Assembly: GCA_965223855.1 (NCBI GenBank)
Contig: CBDCXM010000002.1
Coordinates: 1-64,000, forward strand
Direction: 5' to 3'
Length of the DNA stretch: 64,000 nucleotides
DNA from: Candidatus Multivoradales bacterium
Lineage (GTDB): Bacteria; Acidobacteriota; Thermoanaerobaculia; Multivoradales; JAHEKO01
A model generated the notes under the pieces. That model was given only the letters and a program-made list of their open reading frames with translations. It did no database searches and was not told the DNA's origin. This document shows, one piece after another, positions 59,640 to 64,000 of this stretch. Each line of letters begins with the position of its first letter. The first letter of the stretch is position 1. A program made the translations under genes and the position numbers.

Positions 59640-61439
59640 ATGGAGAGCGCTCTCAAGGTTCCTGAAGTCGGTCGCTATCGCATCCTTCGACCGCTGGGTC
59701 GCGGTGCAATGGGGACCGTCTACCTCGCGGACGACCCGATCATCGGTCGACGGGTCGCGCTCAAGGTTCTCAAGCTCGATCTGCCGGGTGCCGAGAACTC
59801 GTCCGAGAAGCTGCGGTCCCGCTTCCAGACCGAGGTCAAGAGCGCGGGGATCCTCTCGCACCCGAACATCGTCACCGTCTACGACGCGATCGAAGAGACC
59901 GACGACGGTGCGTTGTGCATCGCGATGGAGTACGTGGAAGGGACCACGCTCAGCGAGATCCTGCGCCGTCCGGAGCCGATCGGTACCGACACCGCTCTGG
60001 AGATCGGCGCGCAGATCTCGGAGGCGCTCGCCTACGCCCACGAGAAGGGGGTGATCCATCGAGACATCAAGCCGGCCAACGTGATCGTCACGGAGAGCGG
60101 TCGGGCGAAGATCACCGACTTCGGCATCGCTCATCTGATCGATGCGGCACTGAGCGACGACCTGCGGTTCCTCGGCACGCCGAGCTACATGGCTCCGGAA
60201 CGGATCGAGGGGCGGGAGATCGATCAGCGGGCCGACCTCTTCTCGTTGGGGGTCGTGCTCTACCAACTCGTGACCCGCCACATGCCGTTCCAGGGGGCGA
60301 GCGTCGCCGACCTCACTCGCAGCATCGCGCGCGACGAACCGACGCCGCCGGAGCGCTACGTCAGCGACCTGCGAGAGGACCTCGCGTCGATCCTCACGCG
60401 CTGTCTCGAAAAGTCCCCCAAGCGTCGCTATCAGGATGCGGGGACGCTGGCGATGGATCTGCGGGGAGTTCTGACGACACTCGCCGCTCAGCACAGCACC
60501 CAGCCCGTACCTCCGTCGGGGCCGACCGAGGCAGCGCCCGCCCGCGGCGACGGCCCCTGGTGGCGGAAGCTGGCAGTCGCAGGCCTGCTTGCGGTCGTGA
60601 CCGCGGGCGGACTGCTGCTGTGGCAGTCCGGCGACGGCGACGGCGAAACCCGGATGCCGGTGGCCGCTGCGACCGCGACACGAGCCCCGTACGTGGAGGC
60701 TCTCCTCCAGGGGATGGCTCGACTCGAGGAAGGCAACACCCCGGAGGCGCTCGACCTTCTTCGCTCGGCAGAGCTTCTGGGCCCCGACTCGGAGCGTGCA
60801 CGGCTGTGGCGAAGACTCGCTGAAGTCAGGCTCGAGCAGGACCGGATCGCTCTTCGCGAGATCGAGGTCCTCGATCTGGTCGAGCAGGGTCGGACGGAAC
60901 TCGCCGCAGGACGGCTGCAGTCCGCGCGGCGATTCCTGGCGGAAGCGAGGGATCTCGAGCCCGAGCACCTGGCGGTCGCCGATCTGCGCAACCGTGTCTG
61001 GCTGGCGCAGCAGCGCGTCGCCGAGCGGCAGGAGGAGGTCGCCGTTCCGGTGCCCACGCCTCCGCCCCCGGTCGAGATCACGCCTCAGGTCGTCTCGGTG
61101 GAGCCGCTACCGGTCCCGACCTCAGGCACTCTCGAGCTGGACTTCTTCAGTCAGATGTCGCGCGGTGTCCTCACGATCTATCAGGACGATCGGCAGATCT
61201 ATCGCGAGGCGTTCCGCTTCTCCGAGAGACGGAGGTTTCTGCCGGCGCGTCCAGCGAGCGGATCGCTGAGCGCGAGCTTCGAAATGCCGGCCGGCGCGGT
61301 GGAGCTGAGGCTCTATCTCGCCCTCCCGGACCGGGAGACGCAGGTCATCCCGGTCGAGGGCGAGATCGTCGGAGGGGAGCGGACGGTGCTGCGTCTGCGG
61401 GTGGGTGACGAGGGCGTTTTCACCGCGTTCTTCCGCTGA
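59640..61439 (+). CDS. Transmembrane Ser/Thr protein kinase with TPR-like and beta-rich extracytoplasmic domains
   Basis: GRGAMG, VALK, HRDIKPAN, DFG and GTPSYMAPE motifs, TM helix. Confidence 0.93.
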   Translation: MESALKVPEVGRYRILRPLGRGAMGTVYLADDPIIGRRVALKVLKLDLPGAENSSEKLRSRFQTEVKSAGILSHPNIVTVYDAIEETDDGALCIAMEYVEGTTLSEILRRPEPIGTDTALEIGAQISEALAYAHEKGVIHRDIKPANVIVTESGRAKITDFGIAHLIDAALSDDLRFLGTPSYMAPERIEGREIDQRADLFSLGVVLYQLVTRHMPFQGASVADLTRSIARDEPTPPERYVSDLREDLASILTRCLEKSPKRRYQDAGTLAMDLRGVLTTLAAQHSTQPVPPSGPTEAAPARGDGPWWRKLAVAGLLAVVTAGGLLLWQSGDGDGETRMPVAAATATRAPYVEALLQGMARLEEGNTPEALDLLRSAELLGPDSERARLWRRLAEVRLEQDRIALREIEVLDLVEQGRTELAAGRLQSARRFLAEARDLEPEHLAVADLRNRVWLAQQRVAERQEEVAVPVPTPPPPVEITPQVVSVEPLPVPTSGTLELDFFSQMSRGVLTIYQDDRQIYREAFRFSERRRFLPARPASGSLSASFEMPAGAVELRLYLALPDRETQVIPVEGEIVGGERTVLRLRVGDEGVFTAFFR

Positions 61440-61472
61440 TCCGTTTCCTGATTGGATTCCTTGACGACGGCT

Positions 61473-62249
61473 GTGCACCCGCCGATCTTCGACACCCACG
61501 CCCACCTGTGCGCGGCCGAGTTCGCCGACGACCTCGAGCAGGTTCTCGGGAGAGCCCGTGAGACCGGCGTCGCCGGCGTTCTCGCGGTCGGCGAGAGCCT
61601 CGAAGACGCCCGGTCGAACCTCGAGATCCGGCGGCGCAGCGACGGCTTCGTCGCCATGGCGGCCGGTCTTTTCCCGACCCTCCTCGACCTCGACCAGGCG
61701 GAATCGGTGGAGGGCTTCCTGCGGGAGAACCGCAACGAGATCGCGGCCGTCGGCGAGGTCGGGCTCGACTACTGGAAGGTGGCCGAGGGTCCCGATCGCG
61801 ACCTCCAGCGCGAGCTCTTCGGCCGATTCGTCGATCTGGCGATCGAGTTGGACCTGCCGCTCAACGTCCATTCGCGTTCGGCGGGTCGCGCCACCATCGA
61901 GTTTCTTCTCGAGCGAGGTGCCACCCGAGTGCAGATGCACGCCTTCGACGGACGCGCCGCCAACGCCTGGGCCGGGGTCGAGGCAGGGTTCTTCTTCTCC
62001 GTTCCGCCCTCGATCGTTCGTTCGCCGCAGAAGCAGAAGCTGGTGCGCCGGTTGCCGATCGAGTCGCTCCTGCTCGAGACCGACAGTCCGGTGCTCGGGC
62101 CTGAGAAATCGGCTCGGAACGAGCCCGCCAATGCGAGAGTGGCGTTGGAGGCGATCTCGGCGCTCAAGCAGGCCGAGCCGGCCGCCGTCGCCGAGGCGAT
62201 CCGCGCCAACACCCGGCGCCTCTACGGGCCGATCTGGCCCGATCTTTGA
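61473..62249 (+). CDS. tatD: TatD family DNase
   Basis: DTHAH, GEVGLDY, NVHSR, MHAF and LETDSP motifs; start uncertain. Confidence 0.9.
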   Translation: MHPPIFDTHAHLCAAEFADDLEQVLGRARETGVAGVLAVGESLEDARSNLEIRRRSDGFVAMAAGLFPTLLDLDQAESVEGFLRENRNEIAAVGEVGLDYWKVAEGPDRDLQRELFGRFVDLAIELDLPLNVHSRSAGRATIEFLLERGATRVQMHAFDGRAANAWAGVEAGFFFSVPPSIVRSPQKQKLVRRLPIESLLLETDSPVLGPEKSARNEPANARVALEAISALKQAEPAAVAEAIRANTRRLYGPIWPDL

Positions 62250-62288
62250 GAGCCCGCGTCGAGAATCCAGCTCCGGAGCAGGAGCGGC

Positions 62289-63476
62289 CTAGGGGGTCGA
62301 GCGTTCCGAGATGATGCGCCACGCCCCGTCGATGCGCTCCCAGGTGAGCGATTTTGTCACCTGGTCCTGGAAGGTGTTGGAGCGGTAGCGTTGAGAGAAG
62401 ACGGTCGTCGGTCGGTCGCTGTCGGCGTCGATGACCTCGAGATCGGAGAGCACGACTTCGATGAACTCCGGGCCCGTCAGCCGGTCCCGGCGCTGGGCGC
62501 GCCACGCCTGATTCGACAGGCCTTCCGCAGGCTGGAAGCCTTCGGAATAGAAGCTCAGATAGGCGTCCGGATCCTGGCTCGACCAGGCGCCCGCCCAGTC
62601 GCGCGCTCGCTGTCGCAGGGTTTCGGCCAGAGCTTCGGACGGCGGGACGGATGGACTCGTATCAGCGGCGCTGTCCGCTGGAGAGGATCCGGTCTCGATG
62701 TCCGCCTCGGGCGACTCGGTGGCCGACTGAGTCGGATCCGGATCCGGCGCCGCCACGCCCGGCTCGTCGATCGGTGCAGGGGTGAGCGCCCCCTCACCAA
62801 CTTCCTCGTCCACATCCAGCGGCTGGTTCGACGCCGGCGTCGGAATCTGCGCGGCTTCGGGAGTGACGCTATCGGGGGAAGGGCCTCCGACCTGGGCGGA
62901 GGTTACCGGCCCGGCAGCGTCGTCGGCGGGGAAGAAGGTGCGCCAGCCGAACCAGCCCAGCAGGAGCGCGATCGCCAGCGCCGCCAACGGAATCGTCCAG
63001 CCGATTCCGGAGCGGTTTTCCTCGGCGAGCGGTGGAATCTCCTGCGTGGCGAGCAGGTCTGCGGCCTCGGGTAGCGGCTGCGAGCGGGCGAACTGCTCGG
63101 GCACGGTCCAGGTGTCGAACGGGCGGGACTCGTCCTCCTGATGAGTCTCGATCACCCATCGGATCGCCCGTCGCGCGCGCTCCTCGAGTTCGACGAACTG
63201 GACGCCCATGCCGGTCGGTTCGTCCTGTTCGGGGATCTGCCGTGCCCACACGACACGGCCCCGCCCCTTGAGAAGCCGCCAGTTCTCGGCCGGCCGCAGC
63301 TCGAAGTGCATCAGGGTTCCCGGCGGCATCGGGGAGTCGCAGTGGACGAACATTCCCGACATACCGAGGTTGCCGGTCACCTCCTCGAAGACGTCCTCCA
63401 CTCCCGGGTAGCGCACCTTCACGCCTGCCCTGATCGGCAGCCGCGCCGATCCCCGTCGCGCCACGTACTCGTTCAT
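62289..63476 (-). CDS. PilZ-domain (TIGR02266-like) / TM / NTF2-like protein
   Basis: RRGSARLP, NLGMSGMF and GMGVQF (PilZ); TM; Pro-rich linker; WAGAWSSQD..AYLSFY...WRIISE (NTF2-like). Confidence 0.8.
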   Translation of the reverse strand: MNEYVARRGSARLPIRAGVKVRYPGVEDVFEEVTGNLGMSGMFVHCDSPMPPGTLMHFELRPAENWRLLKGRGRVVWARQIPEQDEPTGMGVQFVELEERARRAIRWVIETHQEDESRPFDTWTVPEQFARSQPLPEAADLLATQEIPPLAEENRSGIGWTIPLAALAIALLLGWFGWRTFFPADDAAGPVTSAQVGGPSPDSVTPEAAQIPTPASNQPLDVDEEVGEGALTPAPIDEPGVAAPDPDPTQSATESPEADIETGSSPADSAADTSPSVPPSEALAETLRQRARDWAGAWSSQDPDAYLSFYSEGFQPAEGLSNQAWRAQRRDRLTGPEFIEVVLSDLEVIDADSDRPTTVFSQRYRSNTFQDQVTKSLTWERIDGAWRIISERSTP

Positions 63477-63515
63477 GCGACGCGGATTATACCGCCGGAC
63501 TCCGTGGGAGGGGGG

Positions 63516-64000
63516 TCAGCGAACGCGAGCGATCTGGCGCGTAAGCCAGCGTCGAAAACTGTCCGAGAGCTCCGCGGGAGTCGTTCCCATCGCGTCCGCC
63601 AGATCTTCTGCGTTCGATGGCGAACCGTTGGCCGTTCCTTCGACAAAGCGCAGAAAGCTCTCTCTCGAGTCCGGCCCTGAGTGGTCGAGCAGGAATCGCA
63701 CGAAGAAGGTGGCGGTGGAGTAGTGCATCGATCGGCGATCGCGATCGACGAAGTCGACCCACGGAAGGTCGAGCAGTTCCTCGAGGCGCGGTACGCGGTT
63801 TCGATCTCGCTTCCACGCCTGGAGGAGCTGCAGGAAGACCACGCGCCCACCGGTCGTCGAAACGAAGATCGACGTCCGGTTGCGGGGGGTGCGGCGGGTC
63901 GTCATCGTCTGCTCGCCCCCGAGGGTGGCCGTGACTACCCGGCCCTCTTCGTCGACACGGGAGAGGGAGAGATCGTTGGCCATCCCCTCTTCGAGCCAGG
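63516..64000 (-). CDS. Partial CDS (5' end outside window), peptidase MA/gluzincin-like C-terminal part
   Basis: Frame open to the window edge, reading WLEEGMA...HYSTATFFVRFLL. Confidence 0.6.
   Translation of the reverse strand, partial: WLEEGMANDLSLSRVDEEGRVVTATLGGEQTMTTRRTPRNRTSIFVSTTGGRVVFLQLLQAWKRDRNRVPRLEELLDLPWVDFVDRDRRSMHYSTATFFVRFLLDHSGPDSRESFLRFVEGTANGSPSNAEDLADAMGTTPAELSDSFRRWLTRQIARVR

Overview
High-GC, gene-dense bacterial chromosome segment. Gene content (acidobacterial-type VWFA protein, AroD-AroE fusion, many secreted peptidases and sulfatase-like proteins) suggests Acidobacteriota, possibly Thermoanaerobaculia-like; this is inference only. I can support about 52 CDS. Housekeeping genes include mobA-fdhD, osmC, a DUF1998 helicase, rocD, fabI, ETF-QO, an aroDE-trpEGDCFBA operon, a LeuT-like transporter, uppS and tatD. 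The main accessory locus (25.1-33.7 kb) is a divergent cluster encoding a 23-heme and a 25-heme cytochrome c built from 3-heme repeats, a beta-barrel outer-membrane protein, a His-rich inner-membrane protein, a membrane-anchored 2x[4Fe-4S]/circularly permuted TrxR-like flavoprotein and a TPR protein. Together these look like an NAD(P)H-to-cell-surface electron conduit. Other highlights: two unannotated, strongly structured intergenic RNA candidates (19662-19838, rod-shaped and 6S-like behind an extended -10; 46149-46337, between convergent genes), a 36-aa membrane microprotein behind the LeuT-like transporter that the ORF track missed, a RAYT transposase with adjacent REP-like hairpins, and a wHTH/membrane protein/UppS operon with two matching operator palindromes. 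No rRNA, tRNA or CRISPR array was seen. All family assignments come from motif recognition by eye, not from database searches.
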